A stretch of 64,000 nt of DNA from Gammaproteobacteria bacterium (lineage in GTDB: Bacteria; Pseudomonadota; Gammaproteobacteria; Arenicellales; JAJDZL01), in contig JAKZRU010000058.1 of assembly GCA_047517965.1 (NCBI GenBank), positions 4,512 to 68,511 of the forward strand, in the 5' to 3' direction. Below are positions 19,793-30,427 of this stretch, piece after piece. Made by a program: the position numbers and the translations under genes. Position 1 is the stretch's first letter; every line of letters starts with the position of its first letter. The notes under the pieces were generated by a model. It made no database searches and had not been told where the DNA came from. It was given only the letters and a program-made list of their open reading frames with translations.

Positions 19793-21124
19793 TCAAGCAC
19801 GAAATCGTTTTTTAGTCATGTAGCGAAATCGTGCAAGGAGAAGGGCAACCGCCACCACACAGGCAATGCCAATTGACCACATAAGTGCTGGCGGTCCGCC
19901 TTCCAACTGAACCCCCCAAAACCAGGCTACTGGCAACATAACGATCCAAAATGACGCGACCATGGTCATGGTGATGTACCACATATCCTGGTATCCCCTC
20001 AGTACGCCTACTCCGACTGCTTGAAACCCATCCAAAATCAGTATGAAGGAAGCTGCGAAAATAGTTGGAATTGCGAGCAAAAGAACCTGTGGTTCTTGAC
20101 TGTAAATTCGCGCCAGAAATTCCGGAACACTGGAAAATATGATCGCAATCGCGCTCAGTGTAAGGAATGACAGAGTAAGTGCGGTCCAACCGGAGTTGGC
20201 CGAACTGGCCGGATCATCTTTACCCAAATGATTGGCTACCCGGACACTTGCTGCCATGGAGAAACCAAGCGCAACCATGAATGCAATGGTTATGAGATTC
20301 AATCCAATTGTCCAGGCAGCGGTCTCTGTAACGCCCATATAGCCTGCGAACAGGGTCAATATCAAGAACGATGTGGATTCCATACCGTGAGCAATGGCGG
20401 TTGGATATCCCAATTGGCGAAGGTGTATTGAAATTTCTCGCAGTTGTGTGATTTTCTTGGTAATGCCATACTTTACACGGTCGAGTGTAAACAAAATGTA
20501 GGCGACCAGAACGGCAAATGAAAGCCATCGAACAATGCTTGTTGCAAACGCTGCACCTTCCGCTCCTAAGGCTGGCGATCCGTGATTACCGAATATGAAA
20601 ACCCAGTTCAGATAGGCGTTTAGGACATTTGAACTCAGGGTCACCACCATTGCGGGAAGCGGTCGTTGCAATCCTTCCATAAACAGGGAAGTTGCTACCA
20701 TGCACACCAGCCCAGCCAACCCCAGTCCGTGCATGGCAAGAACGCGCCCACTACCTGCAGACAGTTCGGCACTCTGCCCGGTCAGCAAGAAAAACTTTTC
20801 CCCAAACTGCATCAAAATTCCGAGCAAAATTCCAAGTACTAGGGCATGAATCAAGCCGACGCGCCAGATTACTCCGCAATTCGAGCAATTTGCCGCACCA
20901 TCTGCATTTGCAGTAAGAATCGCAATCGGTAGTACCGAGCCGATTCCGATCAGAATTAGTGCAACATGGGGTCCGTTGGAAAGGCCATAAAATGCGAGCT
21001 CGGTGGTCCCGGCATATCCGCACATTGCAACATCTACTGTCACGATGAGAATAGCGCCTGCTCGGCCTAGCAAAACCGGTCCGGCAAGCCTGAATATTGG
21101 CCAGACTTCTTTAGTTCGCGTCAA
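19793..21124 (-). CDS. MATE family efflux transporter
   Basis: A 443-aa, roughly 12-TM protein with a MATE-like N-terminus (WPIFRLAGPVLLGRAGAILIVTVDVAM). The start is TTG and is uncertain. Confidence 0.8.
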   Translation of the reverse strand: MTRTKEVWPIFRLAGPVLLGRAGAILIVTVDVAMCGYAGTTELAFYGLSNGPHVALILIGIGSVLPIAILTANADGAANCSNCGVIWRVGLIHALVLGILLGILMQFGEKFFLLTGQSAELSAGSGRVLAMHGLGLAGLVCMVATSLFMEGLQRPLPAMVVTLSSNVLNAYLNWVFIFGNHGSPALGAEGAAFATSIVRWLSFAVLVAYILFTLDRVKYGITKKITQLREISIHLRQLGYPTAIAHGMESTSFLILTLFAGYMGVTETAAWTIGLNLITIAFMVALGFSMAASVRVANHLGKDDPASSANSGWTALTLSFLTLSAIAIIFSSVPEFLARIYSQEPQVLLLAIPTIFAASFILILDGFQAVGVGVLRGYQDMWYITMTMVASFWIVMLPVAWFWGVQLEGGPPALMWSIGIACVVAVALLLARFRYMTKKRFRA

Positions 21125-21434
21125 TTTTACGGAATGGTGGAATTAAATCGCACAAATGGTGTTAAAAACCGTTTATTGTACGCTGATAACGAAAACCGCC
21201 TTGAATGGATATTGCTAAAAATCTCGCAGATTTTAGAAATCACTCAGATTGAGTGGTTATTATGCGAATGGGCAAACTGCTTGGTAAATTCTTGAGTCTA
21301 AAGAATACACTTTCGCATCAAATTAGTGGCTCTATAGGCGATTTGACGCTCCAATGCAGAGGTATTCTGAAGGGGGTAAAAGTTGACGAATCCGGTTTGG
21401 GCGAGAAGGAATCTAAACTTGCAATGCCTCTTTG

Positions 21435-22583
21435 TCAATTTTTTCCGTAAATTTCAGATTCCGGATGAAAAATCAGCCAAGCAAAGGCGAAATGTTGTCC
21501 ATTCTCTATGTCATTCAAATTCTCGCCAGCAAGTTCTCCTGCAATAGCTTGACCGAATATGTTCCACTGAGACCCAGTTTCAAGGTCATAAAATGCACCG
21601 TCGCGTTCCTCAAAAGTTAACAACAGGTCGCCGATTTGTCTTCGAAATACGGTTGCGGACGGAATGATGCGAGACTCCGATATGGTACGACCATCAAGTG
21701 GTGATGCAGCGTCGTTCTTGCTGAACACTACCAGCGGAATACTGTTGAATTTGTCATTGATGACGGGTTCGTCCTCAAAGGCGGAAAACGGATAGACCCG
21801 ATGACTTGAGCCGACAGACACATTGACTACCCTCTCCATTGCAGGAAGGCGCGGGTCGGCAGGGTCACTGAGCAAGAAAGGTATGTTGTTAATGTTGTCA
21901 TATCCCCGATAGGGATTGGTGCCATAGTTGCGTCTGAATCCCGTATCCCTGGATAGCACTTCTCCCTGCGGGTAGGCTGATCTGAATGCCTCATAGGAAA
22001 CAATTTGTGTTGGAAGTCTCTCCAGTCTTACACCTGCATAGTCACCAATTAGTCCTTGACCGGTAATCTGCTGCCACCAGGACTCAGTCTGTCTGTCATA
22101 CATGACAAGATCGCTGTGACGCAAGCGACCAGTTGTTCCAAAATCAAGAATTTCGCCATTTAGATTTCGATCAAAGACAATGGAAGCATTGCACAACGGG
22201 CAGAACGTGACGGCTACATATCTGTCGTTTAACTTGTCATTGACAATTTCATGCCAGATTAGTATCTGCAACGGATACGCTCGCGCTTGGCCCAGGATGT
22301 CCAATACGATAACAGGCTCTTGCGGATCGAGCCATTCCGAAGCGAACTGTATGGAGATGAATTCCGGGTCGTCGACCGCGGGAATGCCATCCTTTGGTAC
22401 TCCACCCGACATGATTTCACTGAGTTCAACAATGCGGTTATTGAAATCCGTATTAGGCCACTCTCTTGCTTCGGAAAGAAACTGAGCATAGGACGAAGCC
22501 GGAATCAGCCAGCAGGCAAGTAGTAACCAAAAAGCTACAGCAAAAAACCGTTTGGAGGGGAAGTGTATGGATTGTTTAGACAT
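21435..22583 (-). CDS. DUF3179 domain-containing exported protein
   Basis: Signal peptide (FFAVAFWLLLACWLIPASSYA), then GVPKDGIPAVDDP, LIWHEIVND, FCPLCNASIVFDR, FGTTGRL and MYDRQTESWW, which are typical of DUF3179. Confidence 0.75.
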   Translation of the reverse strand: MSKQSIHFPSKRFFAVAFWLLLACWLIPASSYAQFLSEAREWPNTDFNNRIVELSEIMSGGVPKDGIPAVDDPEFISIQFASEWLDPQEPVIVLDILGQARAYPLQILIWHEIVNDKLNDRYVAVTFCPLCNASIVFDRNLNGEILDFGTTGRLRHSDLVMYDRQTESWWQQITGQGLIGDYAGVRLERLPTQIVSYEAFRSAYPQGEVLSRDTGFRRNYGTNPYRGYDNINNIPFLLSDPADPRLPAMERVVNVSVGSSHRVYPFSAFEDEPVINDKFNSIPLVVFSKNDAASPLDGRTISESRIIPSATVFRRQIGDLLLTFEERDGAFYDLETGSQWNIFGQAIAGELAGENLNDIENGQHFAFAWLIFHPESEIYGKN

Positions 22584-22773
22584 TGCGGATTATGTTTTGT
22601 TTATTTTGACTGATTCTGCGCAAAAAAGTTCCGAAACTCTTACATGCACAGCAGTTGGACGAAGCGTGCCTTGGATTCGCCTTCGTTGCGAAGTAAATTC
22701 TAGTTCAACTCTGATTGGTATGAACTGAAAATTGAGAAATTTGGTGACGGAAGGCAGACTCGAAGGATTTGAT

Positions 22774-23982
22774 TCAACTGGAATTGCCTGTCCGCTTGAT
22801 TGCAAGAGGCCCAATCAAAACTAATACCGCGACTCCGATGAATGCAATCCCCCAAGCGGCTGGCTTGTCGCCTCCACCTGCCAGATCGAGAACCACTCCA
22901 AATAAGATTGGCCCCACGAAGGCACCCACAAACCCGACGAGGGTGTGAAACGCCATGGTAGTTCCGCGTACGCGAGATTCAGCGTTTCTTACAACCGCAG
23001 AGGTGATGGAGGCCGAGTCGGAAATGGACAAAATTGCATAGATGCAAACCAGGCCTACGATGACGATCATCGACATCTGGCTTGAGAATCCGAGCGCAAT
23101 TCCAGCAATTGCCGATAGAGCCATGACTACCAGTATGACTTTGACGCGATTCAAGTGCTCAGCCAGTTCATTGGTAAAAACGCTGAATGGCTGCGCGATC
23201 AGGGTTGCACAAGCAACGATGAATGCCGGATTCCAGTTGCCACCGAATGACCCCGGCTCTCGTTGGGTCAAGGCGAATACCAGAAAAGTGACCGCCCATG
23301 TTCGGAACACGAACAGTTCCGCATTATGGACACTGTATGCAATGCTGAATCCAAGCGCTTTGCGATTTTGGAATACCGGTCTGAAATTCGGTATCAGTCT
23401 GAATCGTTCTTCAGATTTGACTGGTTGTGTATGCGGAAGAAAAAAGTATGTGAGAATGTAAGCGACCAGCGGGCCGAGCGCTGACGTTGCGAAAACCCAT
23501 TGCCAAGGCAAAATTTTCGCAAGGACACCCGCTACCAGAAATGAAACTGCGACGCCTAGTCCGAAACACATGGTATACATCGCGACCGTCCGGCTCTGCA
23601 TTCGATCAGGAACAGCGTCAACCATCGCCTTCAATCCAGGCATATAGGTTCCTGCAAGCCCGACTCCTTGAAGAAACCGCCACACACTGGCGCTTATGAT
23701 TCCTGAAGTCAAAAATCCGAATAACAATGGAGTAATGACGGTCAAAGCCATTGAGCTCAGATAGACCCAGCGTGAATCAATTCGGTCGGTCAGCGGGACG
23801 AGTATCGTGACAGCAAGCAGATATCCACCGAAATAAATTCCCGCAACCCAGCCGATTTCTGTGTTATTCGCCCCCCACTCGACCTGCAGAGTCGGTATCA
23901 AGGTGGGATACATCGAGAATGGAATCATTCCCAGAATATGCGCAGTGCAGATGATTGCGAGAGTTAATTTTATGTTTCGCAT
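22774..23982 (-). CDS. MFS transporter
   Basis: A 402-aa, roughly 12-TM protein with the MFS loop motif (PLTDRIDSRW). Confidence 0.85.
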   Translation of the reverse strand: MRNIKLTLAIICTAHILGMIPFSMYPTLIPTLQVEWGANNTEIGWVAGIYFGGYLLAVTILVPLTDRIDSRWVYLSSMALTVITPLLFGFLTSGIISASVWRFLQGVGLAGTYMPGLKAMVDAVPDRMQSRTVAMYTMCFGLGVAVSFLVAGVLAKILPWQWVFATSALGPLVAYILTYFFLPHTQPVKSEERFRLIPNFRPVFQNRKALGFSIAYSVHNAELFVFRTWAVTFLVFALTQREPGSFGGNWNPAFIVACATLIAQPFSVFTNELAEHLNRVKVILVVMALSAIAGIALGFSSQMSMIVIVGLVCIYAILSISDSASITSAVVRNAESRVRGTTMAFHTLVGFVGAFVGPILFGVVLDLAGGGDKPAAWGIAFIGVAVLVLIGPLAIKRTGNSS

Positions 23983-24129
23983 GGTTAGTGCAAGAAAGGA
24001 GATTCAAGATCAATTTATGGAATCAAGAACGGAATTAAAGCACACTCAGTATCCATAGTTGATAGTCAATGGAGTCCAAATGATTTGGGCAGGGCTGAAC
24101 ATCTGAATTGCTCATTTGTCGTACAATAG

Positions 24130-24555
24130 ATGGAAACCAACCAAATTCATCTCCCTGATTCTGCGAAAAACCTGACTATAAAGTCAATGCTAACCAAGAT
24201 TCTGTTCACAATTGCAGTCATCATTGTTGTTCTGTTCGTATATCAATCCAGATTCAAATCAATAATTTCATCCAACAAGAAGGTACAGGCTCCTGTACCT
24301 TCGCCGTTCAAGCCTTCTAAGTGGGTGATTTATTCCATAGCAGGAGTACTGGCTGTCGCCTCTGGTGTCGTCTATTTCTTCAAATGGCAGGCTGACAATA
24401 CCGTAATTAACATTCGTGTAGTCAGTACGCAGGAAGAACAGGCAACTACATACAAAGCACGTCAGAAAGACATTAAGGGACGCACCTTTACAACACTTGA
24501 TGGACGGCTTGTTACACTTGGCGGTGCGGACCGAATCGAACTGCTTGAAGATTAA
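24130..24555 (+). CDS. Hypothetical two-TM membrane protein
   Basis: 141 aa with two hydrophobic helices (ILFTIAVIIVVLFVY, VIYSIAGVLAVASGVVYFF) and a soluble C-terminal part. It is on the same strand as the rhomboid gene and 24 nt upstream of it. No recognisable family. Confidence 0.5.
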   Translation: METNQIHLPDSAKNLTIKSMLTKILFTIAVIIVVLFVYQSRFKSIISSNKKVQAPVPSPFKPSKWVIYSIAGVLAVASGVVYFFKWQADNTVINIRVVSTQEEQATTYKARQKDIKGRTFTTLDGRLVTLGGADRIELLED

Positions 24556-24579
24556 GCTCTCTATGCCCGATCGCGTCCA

Positions 24580-25158
24580 ATGAAAGAGAGGTTGCCAGTA
24601 ACTTATTCCCTGGTCGGCTTGTCGGTTGTCATCACCCTGCTAGCCAAATTTGGCGACAACTACACAATTTTGGCCGCCACTGTGATTTCAACCAAGGTAG
24701 GCACCTTGGAAGAGATATTCAGTGGTGAACTATATCGTCTGTTCACTCCGGCATTTATTCACTTTAGTATCTACCACCTTGCATTCAATTTGTTGTGGGT
24801 ATGGGTATTGGGTGGTGCAATCGAACGCATTCAGGGTACACGACTTTTGTTACTGATTTTCGCAGTTTCCGCTGCACTGTCAAATATTGGGGAGTTTTAT
24901 GTCTCCGGTCCTTTGTTTGGCGGGATGTCCGGCGTTGTTTACGCGTTTTTTGGATATGTCTGGATGCAATCTATCTTCAACCCGAGGATGTTCGGTAGGG
25001 TCATGCCTCCGGCGGTTGCGCCGATTATGCTGATCTGGTTTGCTGTCTGCTGGACCGGAATCATTGGAAACATTGCCAATGTGGCGCATACGACTGGCTT
25101 GATCATCGGACTGGTTTGGGGACGAGCCCACACTTTAAAGCTTTCTAGACGCATTTAG
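24580..25158 (+). CDS. Rhomboid-family intramembrane serine protease
   Basis: FIHFSIYHLAFNLLWVW (HxxxN region), catalytic GGMSGVVYAF (GxSG) and AHTTGLIIGL (His). Confidence 0.85.
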   Translation: MKERLPVTYSLVGLSVVITLLAKFGDNYTILAATVISTKVGTLEEIFSGELYRLFTPAFIHFSIYHLAFNLLWVWVLGGAIERIQGTRLLLLIFAVSAALSNIGEFYVSGPLFGGMSGVVYAFFGYVWMQSIFNPRMFGRVMPPAVAPIMLIWFAVCWTGIIGNIANVAHTTGLIIGLVWGRAHTLKLSRRI

Positions 25159-25159
25159 C

Positions 25160-27580
25160 ATGAATAAAGCATCGAATCGGACAACCTACGGGTTTATTGT
25201 AATGCTGGGTGCTGTACTTGGCTTGTGCAGTATGAACTCTGTATTGGCTTTCGATTTTCAAGCGCTGCCCGGCGCAGTTGAAATGCCTGTCGATGTTCAA
25301 GCAGAAATTCAAAGTGCGTGGAATGGCAGGTCATCAAGACATGAAGTCCGCTCTCGACACCGCCGAGAGGATGGCACACCGTTGTTTGCAAATCGACTTC
25401 TTCTGGAATACTCGCCTTATCTAAGGCAGCATGCGCACAATCCGGTCAACTGGTATTCCTGGAGCGGGGATAAATTCTCCGCGGCTGCGAATTTACAGAG
25501 ACCGATACTGCTTTCTATCGGCTATTCCTCCTGCCACTGGTGCCATGTCATGGAAGAGCAGAGTTATGACAACGTGGAAATCGCTCGCGTCCTGAACGAA
25601 AACTTCGTTGCGGTCAAAGTCGACCGGGAAACCAATCCTGATGTGGACGAACTCTATCTTCTGGCAGTGCAGGTTATGAGCAGGCCCGGGGGCTGGCCTC
25701 TACATGTATTTCTAACTCCGGAGGGGAAGCCCTTTCTGGGTATGACTTATCTTCCACCGGATGAATTCCTACAAGTGCTGGCGGCTGTAGACTCGGCCTG
25801 GAGTTCCAATCGACCGCGGGTTGAAATGCTGGCAGAAGAAATTACCCAAGTCATTCGGAAATTTGAAATGACTCGGTCCATGAAGGTTAACCTCGAAAGA
25901 GAACAGGTCAATTTGATTGTTGACCTAATGACGCAGCGAGAACAGTCTAAAGATGAATTTTCACAACCGACTGCGAGTTTTCCAAGTGAGTCAGAACTGC
26001 TTATGTTGCTTGATACGGCAGTCAGATATCAGAATGAAGCTGCTCTATTGCTGGTTGAAAATCGCCTGACAGACATGGCGTTTGGCGGTATTCGAGATCA
26101 CGTAGGCGGCGGGTTTCATCGCTACACGGTGGATAGCGAGTGGCGAATCCCGCATTTTGAAAAAATGCTCTACAACCAGGCGCACATCACTCGAGCCTAC
26201 CTTTACTTTTATCGGATTGTGGGAGGCGAACTCTATCGCCGCGTAGCTGAACAAGCACTGGATTACGTGCTACGCGACATGATGAATGAAAATGGAGTGT
26301 TCTATTCTGCGACCGATGCGGACAGTGAAGGTGAAGAAGGGGAATTCTTTCTATGGACGCTGGAAGAAATCCGGCTGGCTGCAGGCGAAAACTTCGAAAT
26401 CGTGATGAATGCCTTCGATATCTCCGAGCAGGGGAATTTTGAGGGTAAAAACATTCTTTACATGAGCACAACACCGGAATCGCGCGCAGCAGAAGCTGAA
26501 TTGAGTACATCACAGTATCTGGAAAAGCTAGCGCAGACGAAAGAAAAATTGCGAATTTACCGTGACCGACGTGCAAAGCCTTTCCTGGATACCAAGATCA
26601 TTACTGCATGGAATGCCATGATGGTTACGACGTTGGCTGAAGCCGGACGCAATTTGGGAAATGACCACTATCTGCAGGCCGCCATCACGGCTGGCGAGCA
26701 TCTGTGGAAAAGCGCTCGAGATGAACACGGACAACTGTTTCGCATTCAAATTGACGGCCAATTGACTGAACCAGCAAAACTTCGCGACTATGCGTATCTA
26801 TCGCTGGCTTTCGTGACACTGTTTGATGAAACCGGCAATCGAATCTGGTTGGAACGAAGCGAACAGCTTGCGGAGCAGATGCTGGAGGCATTCTGGGACC
26901 AGGAACGCGGTGGTTTTTATTCGGTATCCAATAGTGATGCGCAAGGTTTGATTGCCCGCCAGAAAGATCGTTTCGATAGGGCAGTGCCTTCAGGAAATTC
27001 TATTGCTGCACATGCTTTATCCAGACTGTTCTACAGAACTGGAAAGCAATCCTACGGTATTCGTGTGGAACAGTTGTTTCAAGCATTCGGTGCGGATATT
27101 TTACAAAGTCCGACTAGTTTTACTTATGCGTTACTGGCACTGGAAGAACACCGCGGCGGTTCAAGCGATGAAATGGAATACGCAGCCTCCGGGCATGCAA
27201 AGGTGTCGGTATCAGTGACTGAGGCGGATATCGACCGTATTCATGCAGTGGTGGAATTAGAACTTGACGATGGCTGGCATGTTCAATCCGATCAACCTGC
27301 AGGTGACAATCTGTTTGCTACCCAAATTGACATCTCCACTGACGACTGGGTGCTTGTAAATGCCGTGTATCCGCCCGCGGAAATATTGTCAACGTCATTT
27401 CAGAGTGATCCGTTATCAGTGTTTTCGGGAAAAATTCGGATACCGATTGAGCTGGCGCCTAAAGGCTCGACTGCTGTAGCAACAACTGTGGATGTTCGCC
27501 TTCAGGCGTGTGATGAAAAGTTATGCTTGTTGCCTGAAACGGTCAGGCTCGAAATTCCGAGAAAATTGATTAAAGGTTAA
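25160..27580 (+). CDS. Exported thioredoxin-domain protein (DUF255/YyaL-like + six-hairpin glycosidase-like domain) with an extra C-terminal DsbD-N-like domain
   Basis: Signal peptide, then NPVNWYSW...GYSSCHWCHVMEE...VKVDRETNPDVD (DUF255). A C-terminal stretch of about 145 aa ends in VRLQACDEKLCLLPE, which resembles the DsbD/DsbC N-terminal domain cysteine pair. Confidence 0.8.
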   Translation: MNKASNRTTYGFIVMLGAVLGLCSMNSVLAFDFQALPGAVEMPVDVQAEIQSAWNGRSSRHEVRSRHRREDGTPLFANRLLLEYSPYLRQHAHNPVNWYSWSGDKFSAAANLQRPILLSIGYSSCHWCHVMEEQSYDNVEIARVLNENFVAVKVDRETNPDVDELYLLAVQVMSRPGGWPLHVFLTPEGKPFLGMTYLPPDEFLQVLAAVDSAWSSNRPRVEMLAEEITQVIRKFEMTRSMKVNLEREQVNLIVDLMTQREQSKDEFSQPTASFPSESELLMLLDTAVRYQNEAALLLVENRLTDMAFGGIRDHVGGGFHRYTVDSEWRIPHFEKMLYNQAHITRAYLYFYRIVGGELYRRVAEQALDYVLRDMMNENGVFYSATDADSEGEEGEFFLWTLEEIRLAAGENFEIVMNAFDISEQGNFEGKNILYMSTTPESRAAEAELSTSQYLEKLAQTKEKLRIYRDRRAKPFLDTKIITAWNAMMVTTLAEAGRNLGNDHYLQAAITAGEHLWKSARDEHGQLFRIQIDGQLTEPAKLRDYAYLSLAFVTLFDETGNRIWLERSEQLAEQMLEAFWDQERGGFYSVSNSDAQGLIARQKDRFDRAVPSGNSIAAHALSRLFYRTGKQSYGIRVEQLFQAFGADILQSPTSFTYALLALEEHRGGSSDEMEYAASGHAKVSVSVTEADIDRIHAVVELELDDGWHVQSDQPAGDNLFATQIDISTDDWVLVNAVYPPAEILSTSFQSDPLSVFSGKIRIPIELAPKGSTAVATTVDVRLQACDEKLCLLPETVRLEIPRKLIKG

Positions 27581-28349
27581 GTGGTACGAGCCCACCGTCA
27601 ATTAGCATATTTTGCCCGGTAATGTAACTTGCGTGCCTGCTGCACAAAAACGCGCAAAGAGCTCCGAACTCATCGGGTGAGCCAAAGCGTTTTGATGGAA
27701 TTACTTCTTTGCCTTTTTCCAGCAGCAGTTTAATGGACTCACCAGTCTTCTCCGCGGAGAACTGCATGCTGCTTCGCAACCTATCGGTATCAAAGCGACC
27801 GGGTAGGATTGCGTTCACAGTGACGTTGTGCTGTGCAATCTGGCGGGAAACTCCAGCAAAGTATCCAGTCAGCCCCGATCGGGAACCATTCGACAGGTCT
27901 AGATTTTGAATTGGTGATTTTACGGAAGAAGATGTGATGTTGATGATGCGTCCGAAACGGCGTTCAATCATTCCGTCAATAACCTGGCGGAACAGTTCGA
28001 TTGGTGTGAGCATATTGTTGTTCAATGCTGACTGCCAATCTTCCAATTTCCAGCTCCGAAAGTCACCGACTGGAGGGCCGCCAGCATTGTTGACGAGAAT
28101 ATCCAGTTCCGGAGTTTCAGCAAGAGCCATACTTCGGCCGGCTTCGGTGGTGATGTCGCACGCAATTGCGTTGACGCTGCCGCCTGCTATTTCGCGGATT
28201 TCAGAAACAGCGTCCTTCAGAGTGTTGGGATCTCGTCCATTCAGCCACACATTGACACCTTCAACAGCAAGCGCCTTTGCACAGCCCTTGCCGAGCCCTC
28301 TGCTTGATGCACAGATTAGGGCGTTTTTGCCCTTGAGTCCTAGTTCCAT
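27570..28349 (-). CDS. SDR-family oxidoreductase
   Basis: Rossmann motif (ALICASSRGLGKG), NNAGGPP and NITSSS. The 3' end overlaps the convergent upstream gene by 11 nt. No classical YxxxK was seen (GYFAGVSR). Confidence 0.8.
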   Translation of the reverse strand: MELGLKGKNALICASSRGLGKGCAKALAVEGVNVWLNGRDPNTLKDAVSEIREIAGGSVNAIACDITTEAGRSMALAETPELDILVNNAGGPPVGDFRSWKLEDWQSALNNNMLTPIELFRQVIDGMIERRFGRIINITSSSVKSPIQNLDLSNGSRSGLTGYFAGVSRQIAQHNVTVNAILPGRFDTDRLRSSMQFSAEKTGESIKLLLEKGKEVIPSKRFGSPDEFGALCAFLCSRHASYITGQNMLIDGGLVPLNL

Positions 28350-28395
28350 TCCGAGATTCCTCCTGAACTTGTCAAATTTAGAGATAAAAGAATAA

Positions 28396-29268
28396 TTGGC
28401 TACTGCTGCGAATAATATTCGAGGTGCTGCCTGGATTGCTGGATCCGCTGTCCTAGCAACTGTAATGAGCGCCGGTGTTCACGAACTCGCTGGTTTTATT
28501 CATTCAGCACAGGCCGTATTCGTGCGTGGCGCAGTCGGTTCGGTGATGATGCTTGCATTCATTCTCCCACAGTTCGGCTTGAAACTTAAAACCAAGCGCA
28601 TGAAACTGCACCTGGTGCGTGGAATCATCGGCGTAGTTGCGATCAATCTCGGATTTTATTCACTGACAATTCTTCCACTCGCCACAGTTACAGCTTTGTT
28701 TTTCACAACCCCTTTGTTCGTAACTGCATTCAGCGTACCACTGCTGGGGGAGAAAATCGGACTGCGACGAGCAATCGCATCCATGCTTGGCTTATTTGGT
28801 GCCGTAACGGTCATAGGCTATCTGCCTGAGCCAATGGAAATTCGCTGGTTTGCACCGATATTTGCCTCAATTGCCTTTTCTCTGACGTTGATACTAGGGA
28901 AGAAACTGTCAGCTACAGAACATCCGGGAACAATCATATTCTACTTCAGCATCATTCTGGCGATCGGCAGTTTTCCCCCAGCATTGCTGGTGTGGGAAAC
29001 ACCGACAGTGCGGGAGTGGCTATTGCTCACAATGGTGGCCGCCATGTCATTGCTGCGAAACTATATGGATGTCAGAGGCTATGCTTTGGGCGATGCCCAA
29101 TTCGTTGCACCGTTTCTATATACCAGAATGATCTTCATGGTTATCGTAGGATATTTTTTGTTTCAGGAAGTTCCGACTGTGTCCGCGATTAGCGGGGCGT
29201 TGATCATCATACTCAGTATGCTTTACATTCTCCACCGTGAGATGGTCAGAAACAAAGGATTGGCTTAG
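28396..29268 (+). CDS. DMT-superfamily (EamA-like) transporter
   Basis: A 290-aa, roughly 10-TM protein with a duplicated EamA-like organisation. The start is TTG. Confidence 0.75.
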   Translation: MATAANNIRGAAWIAGSAVLATVMSAGVHELAGFIHSAQAVFVRGAVGSVMMLAFILPQFGLKLKTKRMKLHLVRGIIGVVAINLGFYSLTILPLATVTALFFTTPLFVTAFSVPLLGEKIGLRRAIASMLGLFGAVTVIGYLPEPMEIRWFAPIFASIAFSLTLILGKKLSATEHPGTIIFYFSIILAIGSFPPALLVWETPTVREWLLLTMVAAMSLLRNYMDVRGYALGDAQFVAPFLYTRMIFMVIVGYFLFQEVPTVSAISGALIIILSMLYILHREMVRNKGLA

Positions 29269-29269
29269 G

Positions 29270-30394
29270 TCAATTCGGCTGATCGGCTTTCACGATTCCT
29301 TCCGCAATTTTCTCTACATCGGGCTCATTCATCAGATAAATCGTGGAGGTTGGGAATGCGATTTCAGCGCCGTGACTTTCGATGATTTCCATGGTTTTGA
29401 CCAGAACATCCTGCTTCACTTCATGGTATTCAGCCCATACGATCGTCTTGGTGAAACAGTAGATCATAATATCGAGCGAGGAAGCGGCAAATCGGTCGAA
29501 GTTCACCATGATGGAACTTTCCTGATCGATTTCCGGATGATTCGACAGCATGTCTTTGGTATCGGACACGATTGCGACAAGTTGATCTGCGTCATCGTAT
29601 CGGATACCGACATACTCAAAAATCCGACGATTTTGCTGACGCGTCATGTTGCGAACGACAATAGTTGCAAAAACAGAATTTGGCACAAACAGGGTTCTTG
29701 TGTCGAATTTCACAATAATCGTTTGACGCCAACCTATCTCTTGGACAGTTCCTTCGATATCCCGATCGGATGAAGTGATTGTTTCTCCAACTTTGAATGG
29801 TCGATCCATGAACAGCATCAATCCACCGAAGTAGTTGGCGATGAGTTCGCGTGCGGCAAAACCAATCGCAATTCCCCCCACGCCTCCGAACGCCAGAATA
29901 CCGGCAATACTCAAGCCGAGTGTCTGCATGGCGACGAGAATGCCAAGAATAATTACGACCACTCGCAGTATTTTTGATGTGATGAACACAGTCGTACGAT
30001 CAAAAGTCGAATCTGATTCTGTTTGTTTGGCGACGTAACTGCGTTCGTAGATTTCAACAAATTTGAAACCGAACCAGGTTATCGCTGCAATTGCTGCGGC
30101 TGATCGCAATGCCGGTACAGCTTCAAAAATTGCGGTCTGAAATTCGATGCGGACAATTTCGATTGCGAACGATACGCCTGCCACCCAAATCAGCACAGCT
30201 GCCGGCTTTCGAATCGCTTCGACAGTCGATCGGCCCCAGATCAGATTGGTTTGGGCAAGGCGTTTTTCGGCGCGAAGCAGTGTGAAGTGTCGAACCCGGC
30301 TGACAATGAAAGTGATGACCAAGACAATGAGAATTTGGAACGCCCACAAATTGGCTTGAATCAGGTCCGTAGTGAGTTTAATGTTTTCGTTCAT
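29270..30394 (-). CDS. Mechanosensitive ion channel (MscS family)
   Basis: N-terminal TM helices, then the pore/beta-domain signature GGVGGIAIGFAARELIANYFGGLMLFMDRPFKVGETI. Confidence 0.85.
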   Translation of the reverse strand: MNENIKLTTDLIQANLWAFQILIVLVITFIVSRVRHFTLLRAEKRLAQTNLIWGRSTVEAIRKPAAVLIWVAGVSFAIEIVRIEFQTAIFEAVPALRSAAAIAAITWFGFKFVEIYERSYVAKQTESDSTFDRTTVFITSKILRVVVIILGILVAMQTLGLSIAGILAFGGVGGIAIGFAARELIANYFGGLMLFMDRPFKVGETITSSDRDIEGTVQEIGWRQTIIVKFDTRTLFVPNSVFATIVVRNMTRQQNRRIFEYVGIRYDDADQLVAIVSDTKDMLSNHPEIDQESSIMVNFDRFAASSLDIMIYCFTKTIVWAEYHEVKQDVLVKTMEIIESHGAEIAFPTSTIYLMNEPDVEKIAEGIVKADQPN

Positions 30395-30427
30395 TTTCAG
30401 CGTCCGATCGTAAAGTAGGAAGGATCA

